From positions 44-64,043 of the forward strand of contig CAYIDD010000005.1 in assembly GCA_964362175.1 (NCBI GenBank): a DNA stretch of 64,000 nucleotides. The letters are read 5' to 3'. The notes under the pieces were generated by a model. It was not told where the DNA came from and did not search any database. It saw nothing but the letters and a program-made list of their open reading frames with translations. The position numbers were made by a program, and so were the translations under genes. How positions within the stretch are numbered: the stretch's first letter is position 1; every line of letters starts with the position of its first letter. Source of the stretch: an uncultured Candidatus Saccharibacteria bacterium. Lineage in GTDB: Bacteria; Patescibacteriota; Minisyncoccia; Phycocordibacterales; UBA2100. Of the stretch, positions 9,001-19,536 are shown piece by piece.

Positions 9001-9585
9001 GTGATATTCGACTACCATATCGTGTTGAGTGGTATCGGCATTGCTGTTGCGGCGTTGCGATACATCCTGTATTTCAGAGACATCAACCGCGGTACGGTAA
9101 AACCGCACGTGTTCTCGTGGTTTTTGTGGGGATTGCTCACAGGAATTATCTTTGTCGCGCAATTTGTCTCGGGGGCAGGCCCTGCCGCCTGGGTGGCGGG
9201 ATTTGTTACTGTTGCTTGCTTCGGAATCTCCGTCTTCGCTTTCTACAAAGGATCAACGGATATCGTTGCTTCGGATTGGGTCTGCCTCGTGGGGGCTCTT
9301 GGCGCTATCGGGCTGTGGCAACTAACAAGCAATCCGCTCGCGGCAGTCATCATTGTCATGATCGCGGATGGAATTAGCTACATACCAACGTATCGAAAAT
9401 CATTTCATAAACCATACGAAGAATCTGCGTCTGGTTTTGCGCTCGCGGCCTCGCGTTCGGTATTTGCGCTTGCAGCCCTTGAATCTTTTGCGACAGTCAA
9501 TTGGATCCACACCGCCTTTCTCATCTTCGCTGACGGTGGTTGCGCGGTATTTTTGTGGATCCGCCGTAAACAACTGAAGGCATGA
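9001..9585 (+). CDS. Multi-TM membrane protein (PQ-loop-like), paralog 1
   Basis: KPHVFSWFLW and IPTYRKS..P.EE motifs. Confidence 0.8.
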   Translation: MIFDYHIVLSGIGIAVAALRYILYFRDINRGTVKPHVFSWFLWGLLTGIIFVAQFVSGAGPAAWVAGFVTVACFGISVFAFYKGSTDIVASDWVCLVGALGAIGLWQLTSNPLAAVIIVMIADGISYIPTYRKSFHKPYEESASGFALAASRSVFALAALESFATVNWIHTAFLIFADGGCAVFLWIRRKQLKA

Positions 9586-10181
9586 TCTACGACTATCATG
9601 TTGTTTTCGCCACGCTCGGCACTGGTATCGGACTCTTGAGCTTCGTGCCGTACTTTCGGGACATTCTGAACAACTCAACAAAGCCGCACGTATTTTCATG
9701 GTTTATCTGGTCGCTCCTTGTCGGGGTCACGTTCCTCATTCAAGTTGCCGAGGGGGGTGGCATTGGCGCGGTCGTAACGGGCATCGAGGCGCTGTGTTGC
9801 GCTGCTGTCACCGTGTTCGCGTATACGCGCGGAGAGAAAAATATCACACGCTCGGATTGGGTGTGTTTGTGTCTGGCGCTTCTGGCTATCGTACTGTGGC
9901 GCCTCGCGCACCAACCACTGCTCGCGGTCTTGCTCGTTATATGTGCGGATATGTTCGCGTATATCCCCACACTCCGGAAATCATACGTTAGACCGCACGA
10001 AGAAACGGTTTCACAGTACGCGCTCTCTGCCGTGCATTGGGTCTTGGCCGTTGCCGCATTGCAAACGTTCCTGTTGACGACCTGGCTGTATCCCGCGTGG
10101 ATGGCAGTGTTTGACGCCGTCCTTGTCGCGACCATCCTCATCCGTCGCCGACAATTACTTGCTCTGCCTCCTCGTGTTTGA
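9582..10181 (+). CDS. Multi-TM membrane protein (PQ-loop-like), paralog 2
   Basis: Tandem paralog of the previous gene (MIYDYH, KPHVFSWF, IPTLRKS). Confidence 0.8.
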   Translation: MIYDYHVVFATLGTGIGLLSFVPYFRDILNNSTKPHVFSWFIWSLLVGVTFLIQVAEGGGIGAVVTGIEALCCAAVTVFAYTRGEKNITRSDWVCLCLALLAIVLWRLAHQPLLAVLLVICADMFAYIPTLRKSYVRPHEETVSQYALSAVHWVLAVAALQTFLLTTWLYPAWMAVFDAVLVATILIRRRQLLALPPRV

Positions 10182-10249
10182 TATACATGATATTTCTGGC
10201 AGGGGAATCGTTCCCCGTTAGCCCAGTGTTCCTAATCCGGGAGGTGAAA

Positions 10250-10426
10250 GTGGCGAAGAAGCCCTTACGCGGTGTTCGTAAACGCGGAGTACGGATCGTT
10301 CCGCGAGGCGGCAAGTCGAAAGGGCGCACGGAGAATGCCCGTTCACAAGACCAGGCTCAATCTTGGAGACGGTCATCCGGCAAGGGTTGGAAGCCGCATG
10401 ACGTGAGTCCGTGGGGCGGCTGGTGA
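10250..10426 (+). CDS. Small basic hypothetical protein (58 aa)
   Basis: GGAGGTG Shine-Dalgarno before GTG; hairpin at 10443-10472 follows. Confidence 0.45.
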   Translation: MAKKPLRGVRKRGVRIVPRGGKSKGRTENARSQDQAQSWRRSSGKGWKPHDVSPWGGW

Positions 10427-10507
10427 CCCAGTGTCCTGAATTAGCCGGCGGAGTCCTTGGGACCCGCCGGCTGTATCTTTTTCGGGCAAATGCTAGTATG
10501 TTCTGCA

Positions 10508-11338
10508 ATGAGTGGGCGTAACTTTCGGGACCTCCTTGAGAAGCAATGGGAGCAAGGTAAATTCCTTTGCGTGGGACTTGATAGCGATTTTGAGAAAATT
10601 CCGGAGGCGGTCCGGAAGACGGGTGTGGGCGAGACCATCGTCGCATTCAACCGTGCCATTATCGATACGACGAAAGATCTTGTAAGCGCATACAAGCCAA
10701 ACAGCGCATTTTATGAAGCACACGGCGACGAGGGATGGAGGGCGCTTCGCGAGACCGTGCAATACATTCGTGATCAGGCGCCCGATGTGCCGGTCATTCT
10801 CGATGCGAAGCGGGCTGATATCGGTAACACGAATGCGGGATATGTCGCATCGGCATTCGATCATTTGCGTGCGGATGCGATCACGGTAAATCCATATCCC
10901 GGCCGCGAGGCACTTGCCCCCTTCCTTGACCGAAAAGACAAGGGCGTCATCGTCTGGTGCCGAACCTCGAACGAAGGTGCGGGGGAATTTCAAGATATGT
11001 CAGTCAACGGCGATCCACTCTACATGGTCGTTGCCCGTCATGTTGCGCACGAGTGGAATACGAACGGAAATTGCGGGCTGGTGGTAGGGGCAACGTATAC
11101 CGAGGAGTTGCGCCGGGTGCGCGGTGCCGCAGGTGATATGCCCATTCTCATTCCGGCGATCGGCACGCAAAATGGGGACATCAAGAAAACGGTGAAAGCA
11201 GGCAAGGATTCGCGGGGGCACGGCATGATCATCAGTGCTTCGCGCGCCATCATATTCGCTTCCAGCGGAACGAATTTTGCCGAGGCTGCCCGAGAGAAGG
11301 TCACAGAGTTCGATGGCACAATCCGTGCGGCGTTATAG
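10508..11338 (+). CDS. pyrF: Orotidine-5'-phosphate decarboxylase
   Basis: LCVGLD, YKPNSAFYE, DAKRADIGNT and VVGAT motifs. Confidence 0.96.
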   Translation: MSGRNFRDLLEKQWEQGKFLCVGLDSDFEKIPEAVRKTGVGETIVAFNRAIIDTTKDLVSAYKPNSAFYEAHGDEGWRALRETVQYIRDQAPDVPVILDAKRADIGNTNAGYVASAFDHLRADAITVNPYPGREALAPFLDRKDKGVIVWCRTSNEGAGEFQDMSVNGDPLYMVVARHVAHEWNTNGNCGLVVGATYTEELRRVRGAAGDMPILIPAIGTQNGDIKKTVKAGKDSRGHGMIISASRAIIFASSGTNFAEAAREKVTEFDGTIRAAL

Positions 11339-11349
11339 AATATCCCGAT

Positions 11350-11979
11350 ATGGACGAAGCACAAGTTCTGGAGTTGCTGCAAAAAGTCGGGGCATTCCGG
11401 AGCGGACATTTTGTGTTTACCTCCGGCAGGCACAGCGATTCATATGTACTCAAAGATGCGATGTATGCGTATACGCGCGAGACTTCTCAAGTGTGTCGTG
11501 AAATGGCCGAGCGATTCAAGGATGCGGGTGTAGAGGCCGTCATAGGTCCCGCGATCGGCGCCGCGATACTTGCGCAGTGGACGGCACATCACTTGAGCGA
11601 AATGACGGGGCGCGAGGTGTTTGGCGTGTATGCGGACAAGGACGGTAAGGGCGGGTTTATCATCAAGCGCGGATATGACCGAGTGATAAAAGGCAAAAAG
11701 ACCCTGATCGTCGAGGACCTCACAACGACCGGCGGTTCCATCGCGAAGGTGGTTGAAGCCGCGCGAGCCGCCGGAGCGGACGTGGTGGGTGCCATTGCAC
11801 TCGTTAACCGCGGTGATGTAACAAAAGAACAGGTGGGGAATCCCCCGGTGTTCGCTCAGCTCTTGAATGTGCAACTCGATTCATGGGAAGAAAAAGACTG
11901 TGAATTATGCGAGAAGGGGATTCCGGTCAATACCGATATCGGGCACGGGAGGGAGTTTTTGGCGCGAAAGGCGGCATAA
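11350..11979 (+). CDS. pyrE: Orotate phosphoribosyltransferase
   Basis: GHFVFTSGRHS and VEDLTTTGGS PRPP-binding loop. Confidence 0.93.
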   Translation: MDEAQVLELLQKVGAFRSGHFVFTSGRHSDSYVLKDAMYAYTRETSQVCREMAERFKDAGVEAVIGPAIGAAILAQWTAHHLSEMTGREVFGVYADKDGKGGFIIKRGYDRVIKGKKTLIVEDLTTTGGSIAKVVEAARAAGADVVGAIALVNRGDVTKEQVGNPPVFAQLLNVQLDSWEEKDCELCEKGIPVNTDIGHGREFLARKAA

Positions 11980-12042
11980 TATGCGTGCAAGGATGTCGTG
12001 TGTGATACAATTCGCGCATATCAGTTTTGTTCTTAAATATTT

Positions 12043-12549
12043 ATGAAACAACTCGGGTGGATTATCGCGATCATAGCAATTCTCGGCGGTGCATATTGGT
12101 GGTGGCAGGGTTCAAGCGCTTCTCCCTCGATCGATACCGGAGCGTCTTCAGCGGTGCCAGGAACAGAAAGCGCCGCTGTCCAAGGGACACCGATGCCTGT
12201 TGTAGGCAGTGTCACGGAGGAAATGATCGTCACAGCACCGATGACAGCAACCGTGACGTACACGAGCAACGGCTTCTCACCGAAAGAGGTGACCGTTAAA
12301 AAGGGAGGCACCGTGATGTGGAAGAACACAAGTGGCGGAAAGATGTGGGTCGCCTCAGCCCAGCATCCCTCGCACACCGTCTACGCCGGCACGACACGTG
12401 AGGAGCACTGTCCGGACACGGCAAGAACCGCATTCGATCAGTGTGTGGGCGGGGGCGACTACTCATTTACCTTCGATAAAGTGGGGACGTGGGGTTATCA
12501 CGACCATCTCAAGTCCAGCTTTTTCGGAAAGATAACGGTCATTGAGTAG
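12043..12549 (+). CDS. Membrane-anchored cupredoxin/plastocyanin-like protein
   Basis: FSPKEVTVKKGGTV, HPSH and YSFTFDKVGTWGYHDH. Confidence 0.8.
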   Translation: MKQLGWIIAIIAILGGAYWWWQGSSASPSIDTGASSAVPGTESAAVQGTPMPVVGSVTEEMIVTAPMTATVTYTSNGFSPKEVTVKKGGTVMWKNTSGGKMWVASAQHPSHTVYAGTTREEHCPDTARTAFDQCVGGGDYSFTFDKVGTWGYHDHLKSSFFGKITVIE

Positions 12550-12573
12550 CTCGATGGCCTCGCCACAAGCAGC

Positions 12574-12954
12574 ATGGATCGCGAAAGACTCGCACGCCTG
12601 GCATTGCAAATAGGGGTGGCGTTTGCCTTCCTGTATCCGCCCCTGAACGCACTCGTGGACCCCTCTGCGTGGGTCGGCTACTTCCCGCCTTTTATGAGGG
12701 GGTATGCACCTGACGACGTGCTTCTCCACGCGTTCGGCATCGCGGAGGTCGTGATAGCGCTCTGGATCCTTTCGGGGTGGCGCATATTCTGGCCATCGAC
12801 TGCAGCAACCGCGCTGCTTCTCGGCATCGTCGTGTTTAATCCGGGGAATTTTCAGGTGCTTTTCCGCGACCTGTCGATTGCCGCAATGGCTTTATCGCTT
12901 GCTATGGTAAGCTGGCGGGATGAAACACGATCCGGAATTGCCTCCGAAGCTTGA
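12574..12954 (+). CDS. DoxX-like membrane protein
   Basis: Four TM helices, [14 protein letters not shown] and FRDL. Confidence 0.65.
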   Translation: MDRERLARLALQIGVAFAFLYPPLNALVDPSAWVGYFPPFMRGYAPDDVLLHAFGIAEVVIALWILSGWRIFWPSTAATALLLGIVVFNPGNFQVLFRDLSIAAMALSLAMVSWRDETRSGIASEA

Positions 12955-13891
12955 ACTGTCGTTTGAGCGTGTCGAGGTTCTGCGTTACGGCGAGAACCCG
13001 CACCAAAATGCCGCGCTCTATCTTGACCCGAGCGACAAGCGGCCGGGCGTAGCGACTGCGCGCAAAGTGCAGGGAAAAGAGCTCAGTTTCAACAACCTGC
13101 AGGATGCCGACGCAGCATTTGAGTGTGTTGCGGAGTTCGATGAACCGGCGGTCGTTATCGTGAAGCACATGAATCCGTGCGGTGTTGCGGTCAGCGAGAA
13201 TGTGCACGACGCATATCTCCGCGCGTTCGCCTGCGACACCGTCTCTGCATTCGGTGGTATCGTCGCTTTGAATTCAACGTTGACGGCGGCGCTTGCGAGC
13301 GAGCTCGTGAAAATATTTCTCGAAGTCATCGTGGCACCTGACGCCGAAGACGATGCGCTCGCGATTCTTTCTGTAAAGCCGAACATCCGCATTCTTCTCA
13401 CGGGCGGAATGCCCGACCCTGCCGAGAAGCGAGAGGTGATCAAATCCATCGCCGGGGGCATCTTAGTGCAATCCACGGATGGCATGGTGTTTGACGGGGA
13501 AGTGAGGACGGTCACAAAACGTTCTCCGACCACGAAGGAGCTCGAAGACATGATGTTCGCGTTCACGGTGTGCAAGCATGTGAAGTCCAACGCGATCGTG
13601 TATGCGAAGAATGGCGCGACGATCGGCATCGGCGCCGGCCAGATGAGCCGCATCTATTCCGCGAGGCTCGCCGCCATCAAGGCGGGGGATGAAAGGCTCT
13701 CGCTCAAAGGAGCCGCAATGGCATCCGACGCGTTCATGCCGTTCCCTGACTGTGTGGAGGCGGCGGCGGCGGCGGGTGCGACGGCGATAATCCAGCCGGG
13801 CGGCTCACTCAGGGATCAAGATTCAATTGATGCGGCAGATGCTGCAGGAATGGCGATGGTCTTCACCGGCATCCGGCATTTCAGGCACTAA
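12920..13891 (+). CDS. purH: AICAR transformylase domain of PurH, lacking the N-terminal IMP cyclohydrolase domain
   Basis: [30 protein letters not shown] and RHFRH motifs; only 323 aa. Confidence 0.9.
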   Translation: MKHDPELPPKLELSFERVEVLRYGENPHQNAALYLDPSDKRPGVATARKVQGKELSFNNLQDADAAFECVAEFDEPAVVIVKHMNPCGVAVSENVHDAYLRAFACDTVSAFGGIVALNSTLTAALASELVKIFLEVIVAPDAEDDALAILSVKPNIRILLTGGMPDPAEKREVIKSIAGGILVQSTDGMVFDGEVRTVTKRSPTTKELEDMMFAFTVCKHVKSNAIVYAKNGATIGIGAGQMSRIYSARLAAIKAGDERLSLKGAAMASDAFMPFPDCVEAAAAAGATAIIQPGGSLRDQDSIDAADAAGMAMVFTGIRHFRH

Positions 13892-13949
13892 AAAAGCCGC
13901 CATATACCGGGCGGCGCGGTTTCAATCGCTCATCTGCGCGCGATTGGTA

Positions 13950-14282
13950 TCAATTGTTGGAAACGACGTGCCGCGTTTCCTCCACAGGAGCTGCCGGTGG
14001 GTAATCCTCTATATCGGTTACCGAAGACGGAATGAGCCAGATGCTCGGGACGATGTCCTGGGATCCCTGCACGTTGGAGACCCGAACCTGCTCGTGGTTG
14101 CCGATCTCCTCCACCGTGAGGTCATCGCGCCCCAGATTTCTCACGACTGGTTCCATCACGCTGTTGTTGAGTTTCCCGAGCGCGCTTCGTAACCGCACCG
14201 GATCGCCGACGTTGTGCCGGTAGCGGGTCACGGGGCGGGGGATACGATACACCGGATACATGTGCCACTGATCCTTCAGCAT
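13950..14282 (-). CDS. Hypothetical protein
   Basis: Purine-rich AGGAAAGGAAG before ATG; fills the gap between genes. Confidence 0.45.
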   Translation of the reverse strand: MLKDQWHMYPVYRIPRPVTRYRHNVGDPVRLRSALGKLNNSVMEPVVRNLGRDDLTVEEIGNHEQVRVSNVQGSQDIVPSIWLIPSSVTDIEDYPPAAPVEETRHVVSNN

Positions 14283-14508
14283 GGCGCTTCCTTTCCTAAA
14301 GCAGGAACATACCTGCCTGAACGAAAGTATATAAAGGATAAGGAAATAAGCCAAGTCTTGGGGGGGGGTAAATTTGCAGATTCATCACAATTTGTTATAA
14401 ATACAACAATGCGAAAGGATCAGTTGAGTACTTAGTCGCCAGTTGCTTTCACTCTCTCGTCCGCAAGAAAGTGCCAAAGAGCAGCACTGCGGGAACTCTG
14501 GCCCCTGC

Positions 14509-15456
14509 TCATGCTCTGCGCAAGCTCATGTAAATATCCTCAAGCGCTTTCACGGCGTCGCCGGCAGCGATGTTGTTCTGGTGATAGAGGCCATCGGTGA
14601 CGTCACCCGCTGCCCAGATGCGAGGATGGGAGGTTTGATGGGTGCGTGGGTCGACTTTAATTTGTTTAACCTCCGTCATATCGATTACGTTGCCGATCCA
14701 TCCGGTATTGGGAATCAGTCCGATCTCGACGAAGACGCCCTCCACGGGAAGAAGTTCCTCTTTACCGCTCTTTGTGTCTTTCCAGCGCAAGCCGGTAACA
14801 AATTGGGAGCCTTCGACGGCAAGTATCTCCGAATTTTTTACTATTCGCATATTGGGATGCGCGAGCGCAGCGTCGACACTTATCTTGTCTGCCTTGAATG
14901 TTTCGCCACGGTTAAAAAGCGTCACCGTCTTGCAGTACGCGAGGAGTTGGAGCGCGGTCTCGAATGCGGCGTTGCCGCCGCCGATAACCGCAACATCTTT
15001 GTCGGCAAAGAGCGGACCGTCGCAGCTTGCGCAATATGTAAGGCCCTTTTGATCGAATTGCGCAGCACCGGGCACGTTAAGTTTTCGGCGATTGGCGCCT
15101 GTCGTTATGAGCAGCGCCTCTACGTTGTACGTCGTTTTTTCTTTTCCGCCCGCAGTGGCGACCACAATATCCACCGAGTCATCGTGTGGTGTGAGCGATT
15201 CTGCGAGGGCGGGGGAAACGACGGTGAGCCACCCGCCCGCGTAGGCTTCGACGTGTTTGCGCAGGTTTGCTGCAAGTTCGGCGCCCGAAAGAGACGGAGT
15301 GCCTACCCAGTTCTGCACGTCAGTCGAAACGGTGCTCTGACCGCCCCATTCGGAGGTGATAAAAACGGTTTTGAGGCGTTTGCGCGCGGCGTAAATTGCC
15401 GCGGCGGCCCCTGCGGGGCCGCCGCCTACTATCGCAAGTTCATAGGTGTCCGTCAC
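14509..15456 (-). CDS. trxB: Thioredoxin reductase / AhpF-like FAD oxidoreductase
   Basis: GGGPAG, CASCDG, GGGNAA and AAGD motifs. Confidence 0.88.
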   Translation of the reverse strand: MTDTYELAIVGGGPAGAAAAIYAARKRLKTVFITSEWGGQSTVSTDVQNWVGTPSLSGAELAANLRKHVEAYAGGWLTVVSPALAESLTPHDDSVDIVVATAGGKEKTTYNVEALLITTGANRRKLNVPGAAQFDQKGLTYCASCDGPLFADKDVAVIGGGNAAFETALQLLAYCKTVTLFNRGETFKADKISVDAALAHPNMRIVKNSEILAVEGSQFVTGLRWKDTKSGKEELLPVEGVFVEIGLIPNTGWIGNVIDMTEVKQIKVDPRTHQTSHPRIWAAGDVTDGLYHQNNIAAGDAVKALEDIYMSLRRA

Positions 15457-15495
15457 GGCACCATTCTACACTATTGTGGTGAGCGATTGAAGCGC

Positions 15496-16692
15496 TTACC
15501 TTCGTCGCAGGAAAGACGGCAAACCGCCCCAGGTATCGTCCTCATCCTCTTCTTTAGGAGGGGTTACCTTAGTGGGTTCCGGTTTGGGGGCTTCTTTCAC
15601 TAGTTTTTCCTGACGATGAAGGACTTCTTCCCGCCGCATCTCTTCCCGTGCGCGCGGGTTCACGGGGGGGACATCCTGGTCTTTCCTGGCGACGACCCGT
15701 TGCGAGCCGACGAAAAGAGTACCGCGCTGCCCCGGCTCGGGAAAGCCCGTGGCGATGACAGTCACGCGTACCTGACCCTTCTTGAGCGAAGGATCGGTGA
15801 CGGCGCCGAAGATGACCTTCGCGTCCGGATCGATCGCTTCGGTGATTACATTGGCCGCATCCTGTACCTCAAGCATTCCCAGGTCATCACCGCCGGCGAC
15901 CGAGAACAGGACACCCTTGGCACCCTGAATGGAGACCTCGAGCAGCGGCGAATTGATGGCGGCACGTGCGGCCATTTCTGCGCGGTGTTCGCCGATCGCG
16001 GTACCGATACCCATGAGCGCAGAACCGGCATTGTGCATGATGGTGCGTACGTCGGCGAAGTCGACGTTGATGATACCGGTCTGCGTAATGAGGTCGGAAA
16101 TACCCTCAACCGCCTGTTTCAATATGTCGTCGCACATGGCAAAGGCATTTTTGATGCCCGTCTCACGCGATACGATGCTCAGGAGTTTGTCGTTGGGGAT
16201 GATGATGAGCGCGTCCACTGCTTTGCGTAATTCTGCCAATCCCGCTTCCGCCAAACGCATGCGCTGCTGACCCTCGAATCCGAAGGGGCGCGTTACCACC
16301 CCGACCGTGAGAGCGCCGAGTTCGCGCGCGACTTTTGCAACAACGGGCGCCGCACCCGTGCCCGTGCCGCCACCCATTCCGCACGTGATGAACACCATGT
16401 CAGAACCTTTGATCGCTTCCTGAATGTCCTCGCGCGTTTCTTCTGCGGCTTGTTTGCCGAGATCTGCATTCATCCCCGCGCCGAGGCCCCGAGTGAGATT
16501 TTTACCGATATGGATCTTGCGCTTCGCTTTTGATTTGTGGAGATCCTGTCCGTCGGTGTTGATGGCAATGAAATCGACTCCCTGCACATGCGAACTCACC
16601 ATGTGATTGACCGCGTTGCCCCCTGAACCTCCGACTCCGATTACCCGTATCCGCGCGAATGACTCGACATCCGGCTTCACTTGTTTGGTCAT
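15496..16692 (-). CDS. ftsZ: Cell division protein FtsZ
   Basis: GGGTGTG signature and INVDFADV. Confidence 0.98.
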   Translation of the reverse strand: MTKQVKPDVESFARIRVIGVGGSGGNAVNHMVSSHVQGVDFIAINTDGQDLHKSKAKRKIHIGKNLTRGLGAGMNADLGKQAAEETREDIQEAIKGSDMVFITCGMGGGTGTGAAPVVAKVARELGALTVGVVTRPFGFEGQQRMRLAEAGLAELRKAVDALIIIPNDKLLSIVSRETGIKNAFAMCDDILKQAVEGISDLITQTGIINVDFADVRTIMHNAGSALMGIGTAIGEHRAEMAARAAINSPLLEVSIQGAKGVLFSVAGGDDLGMLEVQDAANVITEAIDPDAKVIFGAVTDPSLKKGQVRVTVIATGFPEPGQRGTLFVGSQRVVARKDQDVPPVNPRAREEMRREEVLHRQEKLVKEAPKPEPTKVTPPKEEDEDDTWGGLPSFLRRR

Positions 16693-16832
16693 AGTGGGGA
16701 CATCATAACAGCGACGAACAAAAGGGCAAACTTGACTCATTCAGCTTATAATGTTTCAATTCTCGTCCATCAACATCGTAAGTCGTTATATAAATGAGGT
16801 CAGACCTCACTGCATATCTCCGTGGCAAGCGT

Positions 16833-18005
16833 TTACGGGAGCAAACTTCGCAAACCCTGCTTGAGAGAATCCCACGCATCGAGGAAGACGCCCCCAAGCG
16901 AATGCATGCCGCCACTCCTATCCTCCGCGTAGCCCCAACGGCACAGCCCGTAGGCGACAGCCCACGTCACGTCGATCCCTGATGAGCGGGGAAGCTGGCC
17001 GATCTGTGCGACTTGTGAGGGCAGGCGCAATACTTCGCGCGCTATTTCAGCTGCCGAGGCGAGCCCCGAGCCACCGCCGGTGATAACGATCCCTGCGGGA
17101 AGCAGGCGATGCCGACCGATGGTTCTGAGGTGGGAATTTATGAGCGTATACATTTCTTTGAGCCGCATACCGACGATGGTGAGCATCTTTCTCTCCGGAA
17201 CATCGCTGCCGGTGACACCACCGCGCTTCAGGCTCTCCGCTTCAGGAAGGGGAACGCGGAAAGAAAGGGCGATGGATTCTGTTATTGCTGAGGAGCCCGT
17301 GGGGAATATTTTGAGCGAGATCGGTATGTCGTTCTCGAACACGACGAGAGAAAGCGTCTCAGAACCGATGTTCGCAAGCACAACACCCGCGGTCTTTTGT
17401 GCCTGTGAGAGCGTTACGAGGCTCGCCGCGAGGGGGGAGGCCATCACGCCCTCCACTTCCACACCGGTCGATTCCACCGCCTCAACAAGGTCCTCCTGAT
17501 GTTGGGAGAGCATCGTGATGAGAATGGTATCGACGGAGAGCCGCGTCCCCTGCAGACCCTGTGGTTTGCCGAAGACTTTTGTACCATCAACGCGATATTC
17601 GAGCGGTATGGCATGAATGACCGTACGATTGGTCAATTTGGAAGCGGCCTTTTTCTCGCTATCCCGAAGTGCGCGTTCTATCTCGCGATTGGTAACAATG
17701 CCACCCGATGCGGTGAGCGCGGCTTCGCCCGAACTACGTATCTCATCGAGCCCGATGCCGCCTAAGCCAACACGTGCACTGCGGACCTTCACTTTCGCCG
17801 CTCCCATGGCCCGCCCGAGCGCCTCGCGGATGCTTTTGGCGGCTTCTTTCTTATCAATAATGTAACCATGGCGGAGTCCCCGTGAGGAGGATGTGCCCGT
17901 GCCGAGAATAGTGAGGGGGAGATCGGGAGTGCCGCCAGGCGCGGCGATAACGACCTTCACATGGTACGTACCGATGTCTATTCCCGTGTAGATCCGCTGT
18001 GCCAT
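16833..18005 (-). CDS. ftsA: Cell division protein FtsA
   Basis: GIDIGT and ITGGGS motifs; directly upstream of ftsZ. Confidence 0.93.
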   Translation of the reverse strand: MAQRIYTGIDIGTYHVKVVIAAPGGTPDLPLTILGTGTSSSRGLRHGYIIDKKEAAKSIREALGRAMGAAKVKVRSARVGLGGIGLDEIRSSGEAALTASGGIVTNREIERALRDSEKKAASKLTNRTVIHAIPLEYRVDGTKVFGKPQGLQGTRLSVDTILITMLSQHQEDLVEAVESTGVEVEGVMASPLAASLVTLSQAQKTAGVVLANIGSETLSLVVFENDIPISLKIFPTGSSAITESIALSFRVPLPEAESLKRGGVTGSDVPERKMLTIVGMRLKEMYTLINSHLRTIGRHRLLPAGIVITGGGSGLASAAEIAREVLRLPSQVAQIGQLPRSSGIDVTWAVAYGLCRWGYAEDRSGGMHSLGGVFLDAWDSLKQGLRSLLP

Positions 18006-18394
18006 TGAAAAGAGAAAGCGCGCAGGATGCGGCGCTCCTTAGCCTCCATTGTACGCCCATGCCGCAACCCCTTCAAATGAAAACATCCGTGGACAAATAA
18101 AAGTGCCAAGCGTTCGCGGAGCGGGACACCGCACTGCCGCGCTTCGCGTTCTGCTTTGCGCACATTCAAAAATATCTCTCCCTCCCGCTTGGTAAGCGGA
18201 AAAGAGAGTACGTTGGGTGCATACGCTTTTTTCCGGTACTTCACATTCATGCGGCGGGCTAGCGTATCGCCGCAGACGACAAGCGAGAGTTCGTACGAGG
18301 GCCCGAGAATGGCGAGAGCCACTCTTTCAAAGGGAACCGACGGCACAGGGCCGTGACAAGTCCGTTTTATTGAAGTGATGGAGGTGGAACGCAT
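17978..18394 (-). CDS. ybeY: rRNA maturation endoribonuclease YbeY
   Basis: NVLSFPL and HGCFHLKGLRH metal-binding motif. Confidence 0.9.
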   Translation of the reverse strand: MRSTSITSIKRTCHGPVPSVPFERVALAILGPSYELSLVVCGDTLARRMNVKYRKKAYAPNVLSFPLTKREGEIFLNVRKAEREARQCGVPLRERLALLFVHGCFHLKGLRHGRTMEAKERRILRAFSFQWHSGSTRE

Positions 18395-18699
18395 TAGCGT
18401 GCCGGTGCGGTCTCTGCGGGTTTCTGTGCTTGCGGCTGCTCGCGATTGAACGGGCGACCGCGACCGACCGGGACCTCGGAGACTTTGCCCTCCTTTACGA
18501 GCCGTTTGAACTCTGCACGGCGCTTCAAAAGCTTGAGCGCGCGCTTTTTCTTGACGATCTTTGATGCTCCGCGCAGGAAATAGCGCTGGCCGCGAACTGT
18601 GCGGACCAACCCCGTGCCCTGGACGCGGCGGCTGAATTTGCGAATGGTGGAGAGCGTGCTCTCGTTGCCGCTCTTGGAAACTTCTGCGTTGATACTCAT
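18394..18699 (-). CDS. rpsU: bS21-like ribosomal protein
   Basis: Basic protein with ESTLSTIRKFSRRVQGTG...RYF pattern. Confidence 0.6.
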   Translation of the reverse strand: MSINAEVSKSGNESTLSTIRKFSRRVQGTGLVRTVRGQRYFLRGASKIVKKKRALKLLKRRAEFKRLVKEGKVSEVPVGRGRPFNREQPQAQKPAETAPAR

Positions 18700-18844
18700 G
18701 TGGGGGAAAGAATAGCAAAGATAGGCTATAAAGTCAAAAGCTTTTTGTCGGCGCCATTGACAACATACGAAATATGGGGCATTTTGTTTTAACGAACAGG
18801 CAGTCGACCGACTGCTTGGCGAGGTCTTTTAGGAGGAGGCGACA

Positions 18845-19450
18845 GTGACAAAAAGGAACATAATACCGTACCGACGGGCCAATAGGCCGGATGAAGTGTT
18901 GGCCAAAGGATTCGGGAAGTCGCTCGTGAAGCGATACTTCGTGAATCCCGATACCAATCAGGTGGAAGAGCACTTCCACATCGAGCAAAAACCCTGGTCC
19001 GTGGTTCTGGCCGTGACGGACGACAGGGAGGTGCTCGTCGTTCGGCAGTTCAAGCAGGGGGCGGAGAAAATCCTCGACGAACTCCCGGCGGGAACCGCGG
19101 ATTGGGCGGACGAGAGTCCGATCCAAGTCATGTCGCGCGAGCTCAGGCAGGAGACTGGATATGAGGCGGGCATTGTTGAACCGCTCGCGCCGCAATGGAT
19201 GTCGACGCGCAACTCGCGAACGCGTTTTTACCCGTTCCTTGCGTTGGGTTGCAGGAAAGTGGGGGAGGCGGTTTGGGACACGCAGGAGCAGATCGAGCCG
19301 CGGGCGGTCGAGCTCGAAGTGTGGCTGCGTATGGTCTTCCTCGGTCAGGTAGAAGAGCCAAGTGCCATTGTGGCCACCATGCTTTCACTCCCTGCCTTAC
19401 TTAAGGCGGGAGTCCTCGACCCCGAGGATGTGGCGCGGGCTGCGGGCTGA
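18845..19450 (+). CDS. NUDIX hydrolase (ADP-ribose pyrophosphatase-like)
   Basis: ELPAG...RELRQETGY Nudix box; strong SD; own promoter and terminator. Confidence 0.88.
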   Translation: MTKRNIIPYRRANRPDEVLAKGFGKSLVKRYFVNPDTNQVEEHFHIEQKPWSVVLAVTDDREVLVVRQFKQGAEKILDELPAGTADWADESPIQVMSRELRQETGYEAGIVEPLAPQWMSTRNSRTRFYPFLALGCRKVGEAVWDTQEQIEPRAVELEVWLRMVFLGQVEEPSAIVATMLSLPALLKAGVLDPEDVARAAG

Positions 19451-19470
19451 TGCCCCCCGCAAGCAACGAT

Positions 19471-19499
19471 CCCCCTGCAGCCATGCTGCCGGGGGTTTT
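19471..19499 (+). terminator. Rho-independent terminator-like hairpin
   Basis: CCCCC.GCAG...CTGC.GGGGG followed by TTTT. Confidence 0.55.
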
Positions 19500-19536
19500 C
19501 TACAAAACAATTTAAGTTAAGACCCCTGCACTCATT

